DNA of 64,000 nt from a virus. Made by a program: the position numbers and the translations under genes. The notes beneath the pieces were generated by a model. It did not search any database and was not told the DNA's origin. It worked only from the letters and a program-made list of their open reading frames with translations. Shown in pieces: positions 54,271-64,000 of the stretch. The DNA is taken from positions 1 through 64,000 of the IMG/VR virus record IMGVR_UViG_3300020420_000721; one strand, given 5' to 3'. The stretch's first letter is position 1. The number at the start of each line of letters is the position of its first letter.

Positions 54271-55364
54271 TCAGTTCTTACTTTCTTTTTCATAGACTCA
54301 ACGAATTGCGTTCTCAGCCATTCGTAATCATTAATCTTGTTTAGTTCTTCAACATTATCCTTATTAGCTTCACCAAAAGCTCTACCCTCTAATGCACCTT
54401 TAATACAATATCTACCAAAACGTCCGCCATTGTCAACTGTACACCATGTGTCAAGACGTTCTGTTGTATCTTTACTAGGAGCATTTGGATTAATCTTTGA
54501 TGCTAATTTAGCACATTCACGGAAAGCACTTCTCCATGTTCTATAAGGATCTTTATTAAATGCAGTTGTATTAGATACTTCTTTAACAGGTTGGTAAAAA
54601 GATACTCCTGTTGTATAGTCTGGAAGTTCATGACCTAAATCAACTAGTTGTTGTCTTGGAAATAATTTTACTGCACCATATCCATAAACAAGATCATTAA
54701 TAGGATTTCTTGCCTGCCATACATAAGTTGTATTAGCTCTTTTATTCATCGGTGGTATGTAGTCAAATTTAAAATCATCTGCAATAAGAGCATCAGCATC
54801 AACAATATAAACCATTTCTGATTTAGATTTAATACCTGCTTCTCTGTGTGCATTTCCTATACCCTGAACATTTTTAATATGTTGGATATCTGGAAAACGT
54901 TGTTTAAGTTTTATAAAATTTTGGTCTGCTTCTTCTTCATGGAATGAAATCATAAAGATATCAAAGTCTGCTTCATGATAACTTCCGATAATATTACTAC
55001 TGATGATGCCTAAGTTTGCACCGTTTGTTGGTACAAGTTTAATATCTCCGTAGTCTACTGGTCGACGAGTACGTCTTACTACTCTTGGGAATTCATGTAT
55101 AACTGCACGTTCAAGGTCATTTGGTCTATAGTGCCACGGAAAGTCATCTCTTGGAGTTGCTTTTTCATCTACAACCCAAGCCATATCACTTTCACCTCTA
55201 TGTCTCCATGCAAGTTGAAGAGCATCTTCTTCTGTTTTTGTACGAGGTGCGGTAACAACCGGATATGAACCAAAAATATGTTTCTTTAATCTGTCCCAAG
55301 GTGTAACAACGTTTTGTCCTGTGTACTCAAAAAGTTGAGTATGTTTCATGTTAAGTTTCTTCAT
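54267..55364 (-). CDS. Glycosyltransferase-like protein with tandem GT-A domains
   Basis: VDAD in C-terminal copy; degenerate N-terminal copy (VDEK). Confidence 0.65.
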   Translation of the reverse strand: MKKLNMKHTQLFEYTGQNVVTPWDRLKKHIFGSYPVVTAPRTKTEEDALQLAWRHRGESDMAWVVDEKATPRDDFPWHYRPNDLERAVIHEFPRVVRRTRRPVDYGDIKLVPTNGANLGIISSNIIGSYHEADFDIFMISFHEEEADQNFIKLKQRFPDIQHIKNVQGIGNAHREAGIKSKSEMVYIVDADALIADDFKFDYIPPMNKRANTTYVWQARNPINDLVYGYGAVKLFPRQQLVDLGHELPDYTTGVSFYQPVKEVSNTTAFNKDPYRTWRSAFRECAKLASKINPNAPSKDTTERLDTWCTVDNGGRFGRYCIKGALEGRAFGEANKDNVEELNKINDYEWLRTQFVESMKKKVRTD

Positions 55365-56010
55365 TGCAATCACCTTGTATTGTGTAAGCTCTAGTTCCTA
55401 CATGAGCAACCTGCTTACTTATATCTTGTTCAAGCCAGATATCAAATCCAGCTTCTCGGGCTTTAAAACAGAAATATATATCCTCGCCCATTAATGAAGT
55501 ATAATCATCTAACCATTTTACACTAAAGAATGGTTTTTCTAGTTTTTCAAATACTTCTCTTTTTACTAGCATGGCTCCCATGCCAACTGCTTCTACCATT
55601 TCTAAACCAGTACCATCATAAACACGTTTATCTAAATTATAAACATCTTTAAATGCAACCGGTTTATGTGGTGGCACTCTTGTACTATAGTTACAAGCAA
55701 TAATGTCTTTCTTGTGTGATAAAAGTGCCTGTAATAAGTTACTAGGAAATCTCATATCACTATCTATCCAAAGTATGTGTGTAAAATCTGTTTCAGCTAA
55801 TGCATCAACGGCTAGTTGTTGTCTTTGCATTGCTACTTCACTTCCTTGTAACATTCTTAATTCAATATGTTGACCATCTTGTCCACATTTTTTCATTAAG
55901 TTTGCAATAGAAAATGTATAAGCAGAAGTTACATAGTCCCTTACTGGAGTTGCTATTATAACCTTTGTGTTAAGTACTTTTTCATAATGAAACTTTGGTA
56001 CTGTTACCAT
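55351..56010 (-). CDS. GT2-like glycosyltransferase
   Basis: IATP, ILWIDSDM, GMGAMLV, GEDIYFC, HVG. Confidence 0.85.
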   Translation of the reverse strand: MVTVPKFHYEKVLNTKVIIATPVRDYVTSAYTFSIANLMKKCGQDGQHIELRMLQGSEVAMQRQQLAVDALAETDFTHILWIDSDMRFPSNLLQALLSHKKDIIACNYSTRVPPHKPVAFKDVYNLDKRVYDGTGLEMVEAVGMGAMLVKREVFEKLEKPFFSVKWLDDYTSLMGEDIYFCFKAREAGFDIWLEQDISKQVAHVGTRAYTIQGDCNEET

Positions 56011-56018
56011 TACTTACC

Positions 56019-56450
56019 TTACTTTGCAAGTTCATCTGGTACTAGATCACTTCCAAGTTCTGCTTCAATTTCTTTAACAGATGTATTTAATGATTTTGCC
56101 AAAGTAGTTGCTGACTTAACTGTTGATGCAAATGCTTCATCAGAAAGTGCAACCATATAATTCATATGTTCTGGCTGTACTTTACCAAGTGTCAAAATAT
56201 CAATAGCGGCTAGTTTTGCTAAACGCTCTACCCAATATTGTTCTTCTTCTGATTCAATTGATTTTAGTAGATCTTCTACATTGTGTTCTTTTGAGAACTC
56301 CTCATATACTTCTTCGAGTACTGGGAGGTCTGGATGATTTTGCTCACGTGCTTGGTTTAAGTCAGCTATCAAAGCCTGTGCTTTACGAGCTGGCGTTGGA
56401 TGAGCACCAAGGACGAAAGTTTTAATTTCGAATTTAGTACGAATACTCAT
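56019..56450 (-). CDS. Hypothetical protein (possible fibre assembly chaperone)
   Basis: EEQYW..RL motif; between fibre and GT genes. Confidence 0.55.
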   Translation of the reverse strand: MSIRTKFEIKTFVLGAHPTPARKAQALIADLNQAREQNHPDLPVLEEVYEEFSKEHNVEDLLKSIESEEEQYWVERLAKLAAIDILTLGKVQPEHMNYMVALSDEAFASTVKSATTLAKSLNTSVKEIEAELGSDLVPDELAK

Positions 56451-56509
56451 TGTTTTCTCCTATTAATTTCTGGCTGAGTTTACAGTTTATATTAGATATA
56501 ATCATATTT

Positions 56510-56561
56510 ATTATATGTAAATTGTAGGAGGTTGTCAATATATTTATTGACAAACCCCCTA
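56510..56561 (-). promoter_or_regulatory. Consensus sigma70 promoter with its -35 inside an inverted repeat
   Basis: TTGACA-N17-TATAAT; TTGTCAATA-N4-TATTGACAA palindrome. Confidence 0.75.
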
Positions 56562-56571
56562 ATAATTCTAT

Positions 56572-56829
56572 TTAGTAGTTTGATGAGCCTGGTTCATCTA
56601 GTGACGGATCTACGCCTGAAGATGTACCCCATTTATTCTGGTTTTGCCAGCCACCAAATGTAGCTGAAACTTTAATGTTAGTCAGTACTTGCGGACTAAT
56701 GAAAGCACCAAGTGTATATAGTGAAATTTGACCACTTAACCCAAAATAATTACGGATAGAACTCATTGACAACATACTACCTGTTGCTGGTAGCGATGTT
56801 CCTGTGTAATCTTGTGTTGTTGTTGACAT
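56572..56829 (-). CDS. Small fibre-associated structural protein
   Basis: LPATGS..SMSSI..F pattern; follows the chaperone-bearing fibre; start at 56829. Confidence 0.6.
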   Translation of the reverse strand: MSTTTQDYTGTSLPATGSMLSMSSIRNYFGLSGQISLYTLGAFISPQVLTNIKVSATFGGWQNQNKWGTSSGVDPSLDEPGSSNY

Positions 56830-56977
56830 TAGGCTTTCTCCTATAGGATTTTTTTGCAAAAATTAGAGCTATATCTTCACGATTTTGCTCACAATGTATT
56901 TATACATTTATAAAATATAAAACCACATTGTTAACTTAAAAATACTATAATTTGTACGATATTTAGCTCAAAAGAAT

Positions 56978-57007
56978 GGAGGGTGAGCACCAAGCAGTTC
57001 ACCCTCC
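56978..57007 (-). terminator. Intrinsic terminator after fibre gene
   Basis: GGAGGGTGA..TCACCCTCC stem then ATTCTTTT. Confidence 0.7.
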
Positions 57008-57063
57008 TAATATTTTTAACCCTTATTTGATCAATACCTGGCCGTATAAATCCAAGGTCCTAA

Positions 57064-59157
57064 TTATTTCTTAGCTTTTAGCTCAGCTACCTGTGCAGAC
57101 AGCTCTTTTACAGCTTCAATTAGAAGACCTGTAATGTTACCATATGCTACTGATTTTAAACCATGTGCGTCAGTTTTCACAGCTTCAGGAAGTACTGCTT
57201 CAAGTTCTTGAGCAACAACACCAGTTGATGTTGAACCGTCGTTAATTCTATCAAATGTGATACCACGGATTGATTCAACTTTACCTAGTGCGCCATCAAT
57301 AGTTTTGATGTTTGTTTTTAAGCTCTCGTCTGAGTATGCTGTAACATCACCTGTTGCATATACAGAACCGAATGTTACATCTGAAGTAGTTGTAACGTTT
57401 TGGTTCATTGCATCTGCGTATGCGTTATCAGTAAATCTACCGTCTAAGTCAACTGTAAGATCGCCTGATGTACGTGTGAATGTAACTACACCTGTACCTG
57501 TATTAAATGATACACCTGTAATATCACGATTGTCTGAGTGTGATGTTGCCGCTGTTTGAGCCGCATTCGCTTTTGTAGTTGCGTCTGCTGATGCTGTTGA
57601 AATTGCATCTGCTTCTGCCGCATCTGCTTTAGTTGTTGCGTCAACTGATGCAGTTGAGATTGCTTCTGCTTTCGCTGTTGCAATATTGTTAACTACTGTT
57701 GCTGAGAAGTTTGCATCATCGCCCATTGCCGCCGCTAGTTCATTTAGAGTATCTAGTGCGCCTGGAGCAGATGCAATTAAGTCTGCAATTTTTCCGTCAA
57801 CGTATGATTGCGAAGCCATATCTGAACCACCTACTGACATACCTGTACCTGATGCTGAAATGTCTACACCACCTAGGTCAATTGTTGAACCTTTTAGGAA
57901 TAGTTTGTTCCAACGTTTATCAGCTGAACCTAAGTTATAAGTTTCAGTTGCTGAAGGAAGAATGTCTGCATCAACATAACCAAGTTTAGTGTCTACTCTA
58001 TCATTTGTAAAGTATAGGTTAGTTGTACCTTCTGCTACGTCATCAGTTGTAAGAGCATTAATTACTGCTGTAATTGCTGTCTCACGAGCATTTGTGTATG
58101 TCTCTGCTGTTGAAACTGCGTCTGCTTCTGCTGTATCTGCGTATGTTTGATAAGCTGAAGTAATTGCTGTCTCACGTGTGTTTGTGTACGCTTGAGCTGT
58201 AGCCGTTGCGTTTGCTTCTGCGTTGTTAGCTTTAGCAGTTGCGTCTGCTGAAGCTGTAGATATTGCGTTTGTAATTGCTGTAGAATTTGCCGCAATGTCA
58301 GTTGCATTGTTAGCTGTTGTAGTTTGTAACACGCCGATTGCCGCTGTGTTAGTTGCAATGTTTGTATTTGCTGTAGTGATATCACTGTCGTTGCCAGCGA
58401 TTTCAGTTTTCAGTTCGTTAATTGCGCCTGTTACATTCTGTGAAGTTGTATTAAGTGTCGCTGTACCCATAGTAAGTTCTAGGGCATCAATGTCACTTTC
58501 AACACCTGTTAGCTGTGATGAAACATCGATTCCTGCTATCTGAGCATCTACATAAGCAATAGAAGCCTTAGCCGCTAATGCTGTTGTGATAGTTGAAGCA
58601 TAGTTAGCGTCGTCACCTAAAGCCGCCGCCAACTCATTTAGAGTGTCGAGTGCCGCTGGTGCTCCGTTAATTACGTCATCAAACTTATCATCTACGTATG
58701 TTTTGTTGGCGGCGTCTGTGCCGTCAACTGGTGTTGTAACGTTAATAATTCTATTCGAATCCATGTCAATTTTATCACCAAATTTAACAGCTGAACCAGC
58801 TGAGTCAGTGATTGCTGATCCTGTTTGGATCTGCATTGTTGACATTATTTGAATGTTACCGGTACCTGCAGGTAGTAGTTCAATAGAACCAACACCTGTT
58901 GTTTTGAAACGTAGATCTTGGTCTGCGTCAGTTCCTAGTGTAATAGTATCGCTATCATCTTCGATAACTTTTTTACCATTAACATATAAAGAACCTGGAC
59001 CTACGTACACGTCTTTCCATTGCTTCGTCGGCGAACCTAAGTCATATGTGATGTCCGCTGAAGGAAGAATGTGACCTGTCATCTCAAGATTACCAGTGAT
59101 AAGCGAATCATCATTTACGCTAAATCCACCGTCGATAATAAATCTTTTTTGTGCCAT
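57064..59157 (-). CDS. Tail fibre with C-terminal intramolecular chaperone (peptidase S74)
   Basis: YSDESLKTNI, GVVAQE..PEAV, LIEAVKEL; ALDTLNELAAA repeats. Confidence 0.88.
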   Translation of the reverse strand: MAQKRFIIDGGFSVNDDSLITGNLEMTGHILPSADITYDLGSPTKQWKDVYVGPGSLYVNGKKVIEDDSDTITLGTDADQDLRFKTTGVGSIELLPAGTGNIQIMSTMQIQTGSAITDSAGSAVKFGDKIDMDSNRIINVTTPVDGTDAANKTYVDDKFDDVINGAPAALDTLNELAAALGDDANYASTITTALAAKASIAYVDAQIAGIDVSSQLTGVESDIDALELTMGTATLNTTSQNVTGAINELKTEIAGNDSDITTANTNIATNTAAIGVLQTTTANNATDIAANSTAITNAISTASADATAKANNAEANATATAQAYTNTRETAITSAYQTYADTAEADAVSTAETYTNARETAITAVINALTTDDVAEGTTNLYFTNDRVDTKLGYVDADILPSATETYNLGSADKRWNKLFLKGSTIDLGGVDISASGTGMSVGGSDMASQSYVDGKIADLIASAPGALDTLNELAAAMGDDANFSATVVNNIATAKAEAISTASVDATTKADAAEADAISTASADATTKANAAQTAATSHSDNRDITGVSFNTGTGVVTFTRTSGDLTVDLDGRFTDNAYADAMNQNVTTTSDVTFGSVYATGDVTAYSDESLKTNIKTIDGALGKVESIRGITFDRINDGSTSTGVVAQELEAVLPEAVKTDAHGLKSVAYGNITGLLIEAVKELSAQVAELKAKK

Positions 59158-59278
59158 TTTTCGATTCCTTTATTTGATCAAATAAAAGCGTTGCTCATGC
59201 AACGTAGTATTTAGTTGCTAATTCTTCGTATTAAGTACTTTGCTAATATAATTGGTGTTTTCAAAGTACTTTTTAGCC

Positions 59279-59306
59279 AAAAAAAAGGGCGGTGTTTCCA
59301 CCGCCC
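59279..59306 (-). terminator. Intrinsic terminator
   Basis: GGGCGGTG-GAAA-CACCGCCC followed by U8. Confidence 0.9.
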
Positions 59307-59325
59307 CAAAGTTTTAGTCTACTTA

Positions 59326-62300
59326 TTATACATCTATGTAAGTTGAGATAACTTTAACAGTTACATTACCGCCATTTGATGTGTAGAATAGCTGTACGTC
59401 ATTACCATTCATTGCTACTGTAGCATCACCTAATAGAGCCGCTCCTGTGTATACAAGTGCATACTCAGTGATGTAGGCTGTTGTTCCATCGTGTACTACT
59501 AGAGCTTCACGAGTTTCGTATTCACCTGCACCATTGTCTACTTGAATGATGTATTTTGCTGAACGATATGCTGTACCAGAGAAAGTATCAACTGGTGTAC
59601 CGCCATTAGTTGCTGTTACTGCTGATTGCTGTACATATGCTTTGATATCTGCAGAAAACTTATCGAATGTTACAGAAGCTGTTTCTAAGTAAGGTACCGC
59701 TCCTAACATATGGGAGATAACAACCGCTTGAGAGCCAGTTGGAATTGGATCAGTAAATGTGATCGTACCCGCTGTACTGTCAATTGAGTAGTGAGTTGTT
59801 GGATCCTGTACAACACCGCCTACGAAAACCATCGCCGCGACTTGAGTTGTATCAAAGCCTAGTGCGAATGTTTGTGTAGTGCCATCACCATTAATAGTGA
59901 TACGATTTGCGTTAGCAAATGCAAGGTGTGAAACATCGATTAGTTCCATTCCAGTTTCTGCGCCATTTACGGCAAGAACTTTACCTTCTTGACCAGCAAA
60001 TGTAGTATCTGTGACATCAGTAGCATCTAGTACTGAGTGGTCTGCATTAACACTGATAACACCTGTTGAGCTGTCGTATGAAGCAACGCCACCACGTGTT
60101 GTTGAGTCTACAAGCGAAATAGCCGCTCTTGAACGTGAGTCTAGGTAGTATAAGTTACCTGCACCCTCAGCAAGATCATCAGACGTAAATGCTGAGATAT
60201 GTTGTGAGCTTAGGCTTGATGTTAAGTAACCTAGGTTGACTGCATCACCCGCAAGTGTTGGAGCCGCCACGTTAGATATGCCATTTGAACCCATGTCAAT
60301 TGCACCAGCCATTGTACCGCCTGCTTTTTCTAGTCTAGCCGCAATAGCTGTATCATGAGCCGCATCAGCCGCTTTGTAAGCTGTGTCAACTGCTTTAATA
60401 GCAGTATCTAAAGCTTCGTCTGCGTTTGATAGACTTGATGCTGTAGCAAGATAGTTTGTTCCTGCTGGTGCAGTATACGTACCATCTGTGCCTAAACCAG
60501 CACCAGTTTCGATTGCATTGATTTCGTTTAAGTTTGCAGTAACGAGACCTGTAAGTGTTGAGTCTGCATTCTGGAACTCTGTAACGATTTCAGTTAATGA
60601 ATCGAGAGCCGCTGGATCAGTGTTTGAAATGATGTTGTTGATTGATGCTAGGTTAGTAGCAATATCACCTTCTGCTACTGTAAGTCTTGCGTCAATAGCA
60701 TCTGCTTCACCATGCATTTCATTAACCGCGCCTGCTAGTGTAGCTGAAGTTGTATCTAGAGCAGTACCTTCACCTGTGAAAGTTTGTAGAGAATCTACTT
60801 CACCTTCAGCAGTTGTTAGTCTTGTATCTAGAGCACCTTCTGCCGCTATCGCACGGTCATCTGCTGTTTTAAGAGCAGTATCTAGCTTCTTGTCAGCGTC
60901 TTTTAGCGAAGTACCTGCTGACAGATAGTTAGTAGTTGCATCTGCCGCATATGTACCGTCTGCCGCTAATCCAGCACCAGTTTGTGTTGCTGTAATTTCG
61001 CCTTCTGCTGAAGTTAGACGAGTATCAAGTGCACCTTCTACGCCTTGAGCACGAGCTGATTCAGCATCGATATTGTTTTGTAAAGTAGTATCAGCATTTC
61101 CTCTTGCTGTTGCTTCTGCTGTTACTGCTGAAATTCTATCTGCAATTTCAGTTGTAAGATTATCAGCATTCGCTTTAGCTTGAGTATCTAATGCTACTAG
61201 ACCTGCTTTAACTGTAGCAGTTGTGCCTAAGTAGTTAGATGTTGCTGGTGCAGTGTAAGATCCATCTGCGTTTAAGCCGATTGAACTTTCTGCTGTATCG
61301 ATAGCTTGAGTTAGTACAACGTCTGCCGCTTCGTAATCTGAGACTATGCCTGCATCAGCCGCTTGGAAAGCAGTTGTTACAGCCGCATCACCAGTTGTGA
61401 TAGCATTGGCGTTAGTTGCAATAGCTGAGTCAAGTGCTGTTAGAGCACCCTTCATAGTTGTTGCATCATCTAAGTGGTTTGAACCAGTATGTGCTGAGTA
61501 TGATCCGTCAGCGTTTAGTCCAAGTGCCGCTTGAGTATTAGCAACCTCTGTTAAGTTAGCATCTATTTCTCCGTGAATTTCATTGATAGCACCACCAAGT
61601 GATGTTGCTGTAGTTGCTAACGGTGTAGAAGCGACATCACCAACTAGTGCTTCTAGTGATGAGATATCGCCTTCAACTGCATCCATTTCATTATTTAAAG
61701 TTGTAATGGCTGTGCCGTTGTTTGTTATTAGTGTTTGTAGACTTGAATCCGCCGCCGCAAATGCGTCGCCGATTTCTTTCAACGTATCTAGAGCGCCATC
61801 AGCACCTTGAAGGATATCGTCAATTCTTCCTTTTTCAATGTTGATGTTACCTTCTGCTGTAGTCATTCTTCCGTCTAATGTTGTAATATTACCAGCATTA
61901 GTTAGAATGTCAGCAGTATGTACTGCGTCTGCCGCTGTAGAACGAGTTACTTCGTTATCAATTTTAGTTTCGATACGAGCTTCTTCGCCTTCTGCACGTG
62001 CTTGTTCTGCATCTACATCAGCTTCACGATCTACTATTTCTGCCGCGATAGCATCTGCATTAACTTTACTTTGCGTATCTAGTTTTTCTGTAGCATCTTT
62101 TAAAGATGTTGCAGTTGGTAGATAGTTAGTTGTTGCATTCGCAACATAAGAACCATCAGCCGCTAGACCTGCGCCTGTTTGAGTATCATCTACTTCACCA
62201 GAAAGTGTGTCAATGTTACCTTGTAATGTTAAGTCAGCCGCCGCAAATTCAGAACGGATATTTGCTCTGTCTGTTGTTGCTGAAGCGATATCGCCTTCGT

Positions 62301-63999
62301 TAGTAGTTACTCTGCCTTGTAAAGCAGTCATTTCGCCATCAGTAGTTGCGATTTCAGAATCTAAATTATCTTGTACGACTTTAATCGCCGCATCTAATTT
62401 ATTATCTGCATCAACCATTGATGTTGCTGTTGAAATGTGGTTAGCAGTAGCTGACGGTGTGTATGAACCATCTGCACCAATACCGAGACCGGTTTGTGTT
62501 GCATCTAATTCAGTTTGAATTGCACCTTCTGCCGCTGTAGCACGAGTTTCCTCTGCATCTACATCTGCTACTCTTGCTGTAGTTTCCGCCGCGATAGCAT
62601 CTGCATTTGTTTTAGCTTGAGTATCAAGTAATCCTAATGCCGCTTTTGTTGACGTTGCTGAGTCAATGTAGTTAGATGTTGTGTGAGGAGCATAAGTTCC
62701 GTCAGCATTTAAGCCAACAGATGCTTCTACAGTATTTACAGCCGCCGCGTTTGCGTTAACTAAACCAGTTAGAGTTGTATCAGCTGTTTGGAATGCTGAA
62801 ACGATCTCTGCTAGTGAGTCTAGAGCCGCTGGGTCTGTATTTGATATAATGTCGTTGATTGACGCTAGGTTAGTTGCAATGTCGCCTTCTGTAGTTGTTA
62901 GACGTGTGTCTAATGCATCTACTTCGCCGTGTACTTCATTGATAGCACCGCCAATAGTTGTAGCAGTTGTATCTAATGGAGTAGAACCTAAGTCACCAAG
63001 TACATCTTCAATAGCTTGGACTTCAGTCTGTAGAGTGTCAACGTTTCCTTCTTCAGTAGTTAGACGTGTATCTAAATTTCCGTCTGCTACAATACGAGCA
63101 TCTTCTTCAATTGCTAAAGATGAGTCTAATACTTCAATAGCACTTTTAAGTGATACTGCCGCACCTACATAAGTTCCTGTAGCAATCGGCATGAATGAGC
63201 CGTCGTCTTCTAAGCCTGCGCCTTGCTGTGTTAAATCAAGTTCGCCTTGAATGTTGCTGTCCGCCGCCGCAAAATCAGTTCTTATTGATGTATCTGCCGC
63301 CGCTCTTGCGTTAGTTTCAGTCACCAAGTTAGCCGCAATTACGCCTTCTGCTGTTAGTGCTCTTGAAGCTTCGGCATCTACTTCGCCGTGTACTTCGTTT
63401 AAGCCAGCTGATAAGTCAGTAGCTGTAGTATCTAGAGCCGCTGTACCAATCTTGTTAGCGTTTGCTGTAATTGATGTTTGTAGTGTAGTGTCTGCCGCTT
63501 TGTATGCAGTATCAACAGCTTTAAGAGCCGTGTCAATTGCTACAGTTGCGCCATGAAGCGAAGTTGAAGTTGCGATGTAATTGGCTGTGCCAGAAGCAGT
63601 ATAACTTCCGTCTGCCGCTAAACCTGAACCTACTTGTGTTGCGTCGAGTTCTGATTGTGTTGCATCTACTTTGCCTTCTATACGTGCTTCTTCGCCAGTT
63701 GCACGTGTAGTTTCTGTAGTAATTAATCCAGTGTTTGCTATTACAGAAGCTTCTAATGCAGTATCAGCTGTTTGAAAAGATGATACAATTTCTGTTAGCG
63801 AGTCAAGTGCCGCTGGATCAACATTGTTAGTTATGAAATCAACCTGGTTTTGTAGACTTGTATCAGCCGCCTGGTATGCTGTGTCTACTGCCTTGATTGC
63901 CGCGTCAAGTTTACCATCTGCATCAACTAATGAAGTTGCTGTTGCTAGATAGTTAGTTGTCGCATCTGCAGAGTACGTACCATCTGTACCTAAACCTGC
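59326..63999 (-). CDS. Giant repeat-rich coiled-coil fibre protein, 5' end outside window (at least 1557 aa)
   Basis: Translated by hand: frame stays open from 63327 to the window edge; three interleaved repeat modules. Confidence 0.85.
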   Translation of the reverse strand, partial: AGLGTDGTYSADATTNYLATATSLVDADGKLDAAIKAVDTAYQAADTSLQNQVDFITNNVDPAALDSLTEIVSSFQTADTALEASVIANTGLITTETTRATGEEARIEGKVDATQSELDATQVGSGLAADGSYTASGTANYIATSTSLHGATVAIDTALKAVDTAYKAADTTLQTSITANANKIGTAALDTTATDLSAGLNEVHGEVDAEASRALTAEGVIAANLVTETNARAAADTSIRTDFAAADSNIQGELDLTQQGAGLEDDGSFMPIATGTYVGAAVSLKSAIEVLDSSLAIEEDARIVADGNLDTRLTTEEGNVDTLQTEVQAIEDVLGDLGSTPLDTTATTIGGAINEVHGEVDALDTRLTTTEGDIATNLASINDIISNTDPAALDSLAEIVSAFQTADTTLTGLVNANAAAVNTVEASVGLNADGTYAPHTTSNYIDSATSTKAALGLLDTQAKTNADAIAAETTARVADVDAEETRATAAEGAIQTELDATQTGLGIGADGSYTPSATANHISTATSMVDADNKLDAAIKVVQDNLDSEIATTDGEMTALQGRVTTNEGDIASATTDRANIRSEFAAADLTLQGNIDTLSGEVDDTQTGAGLAADGSYVANATTNYLPTATSLKDATEKLDTQSKVNADAIAAEIVDREADVDAEQARAEGEEARIETKIDNEVTRSTAADAVHTADILTNAGNITTLDGRMTTAEGNINIEKGRIDDILQGADGALDTLKEIGDAFAAADSSLQTLITNNGTAITTLNNEMDAVEGDISSLEALVGDVASTPLATTATSLGGAINEIHGEIDANLTEVANTQAALGLNADGSYSAHTGSNHLDDATTMKGALTALDSAIATNANAITTGDAAVTTAFQAADAGIVSDYEAADVVLTQAIDTAESSIGLNADGSYTAPATSNYLGTTATVKAGLVALDTQAKANADNLTTEIADRISAVTAEATARGNADTTLQNNIDAESARAQGVEGALDTRLTSAEGEITATQTGAGLAADGTYAADATTNYLSAGTSLKDADKKLDTALKTADDRAIAAEGALDTRLTTAEGEVDSLQTFTGEGTALDTTSATLAGAVNEMHGEADAIDARLTVAEGDIATNLASINNIISNTDPAALDSLTEIVTEFQNADSTLTGLVTANLNEINAIETGAGLGTDGTYTAPAGTNYLATASSLSNADEALDTAIKAVDTAYKAADAAHDTAIAARLEKAGGTMAGAIDMGSNGISNVAAPTLAGDAVNLGYLTSSLSSQHISAFTSDDLAEGAGNLYYLDSRSRAAISLVDSTTRGGVASYDSSTGVISVNADHSVLDATDVTDTTFAGQEGKVLAVNGAETGMELIDVSHLAFANANRITINGDGTTQTFALGFDTTQVAAMVFVGGVVQDPTTHYSIDSTAGTITFTDPIPTGSQAVVISHMLGAVPYLETASVTFDKFSADIKAYVQQSAVTATNGGTPVDTFSGTAYRSAKYIIQVDNGAGEYETREALVVHDGTTAYITEYALVYTGAALLGDATVAMNGNDVQLFYTSNGGNVTVKVISTYIDV

Positions 64000-64000
64000 A

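Noticed and set aside
57064-64000. Diversity-generating retroelement or invertible fibre cassette
   Set aside because: No reverse transcriptase or recombinase in the window; repeat differences are mostly synonymous rather than adenine-specific
1-64000. Stop-codon reassignment
   Set aside because: Core genes are full length in the standard code, and TAA, TAG and TGA all end genes

Overview
AT-rich segment of a large T4-like (jumbo-type) myovirus, probably marine and plausibly infecting an alphaproteobacterium (inferred from pseudoazurin, DadA and leaderless starts; not proven). Nearly all genes are on the minus strand. From the start of the window: SufS, pseudoazurin and seven CCA-encoding tRNAs; PAAR, Sm-like protein, glutaredoxin and nrdBA; a block of probable internal head proteins including a ligase-like enzyme; helicase, primase, a miniature DnaE and UvsW; an early island with duplicated operator-bearing promoters; a radical SAM/PLP/DadA/2OG enzyme cluster; uvsY, uvsX and gp32; terminase, tube, sheath and neck genes; two glycosyltransferases; and two fibre genes, the last running off the window edge. 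Most notable: (1) a late-gated radical SAM + aminotransferase tailoring cluster that, with SufS, glycosyltransferases and a sulfotransferase, may chemically decorate the virion; (2) a 194-aa C-family polymerase keeping all three catalytic aspartates; (3) repeated leaderless-mRNA promoter geometry; (4) apparent GCWGC avoidance. All calls are from motif reading by eye; no searches were run.
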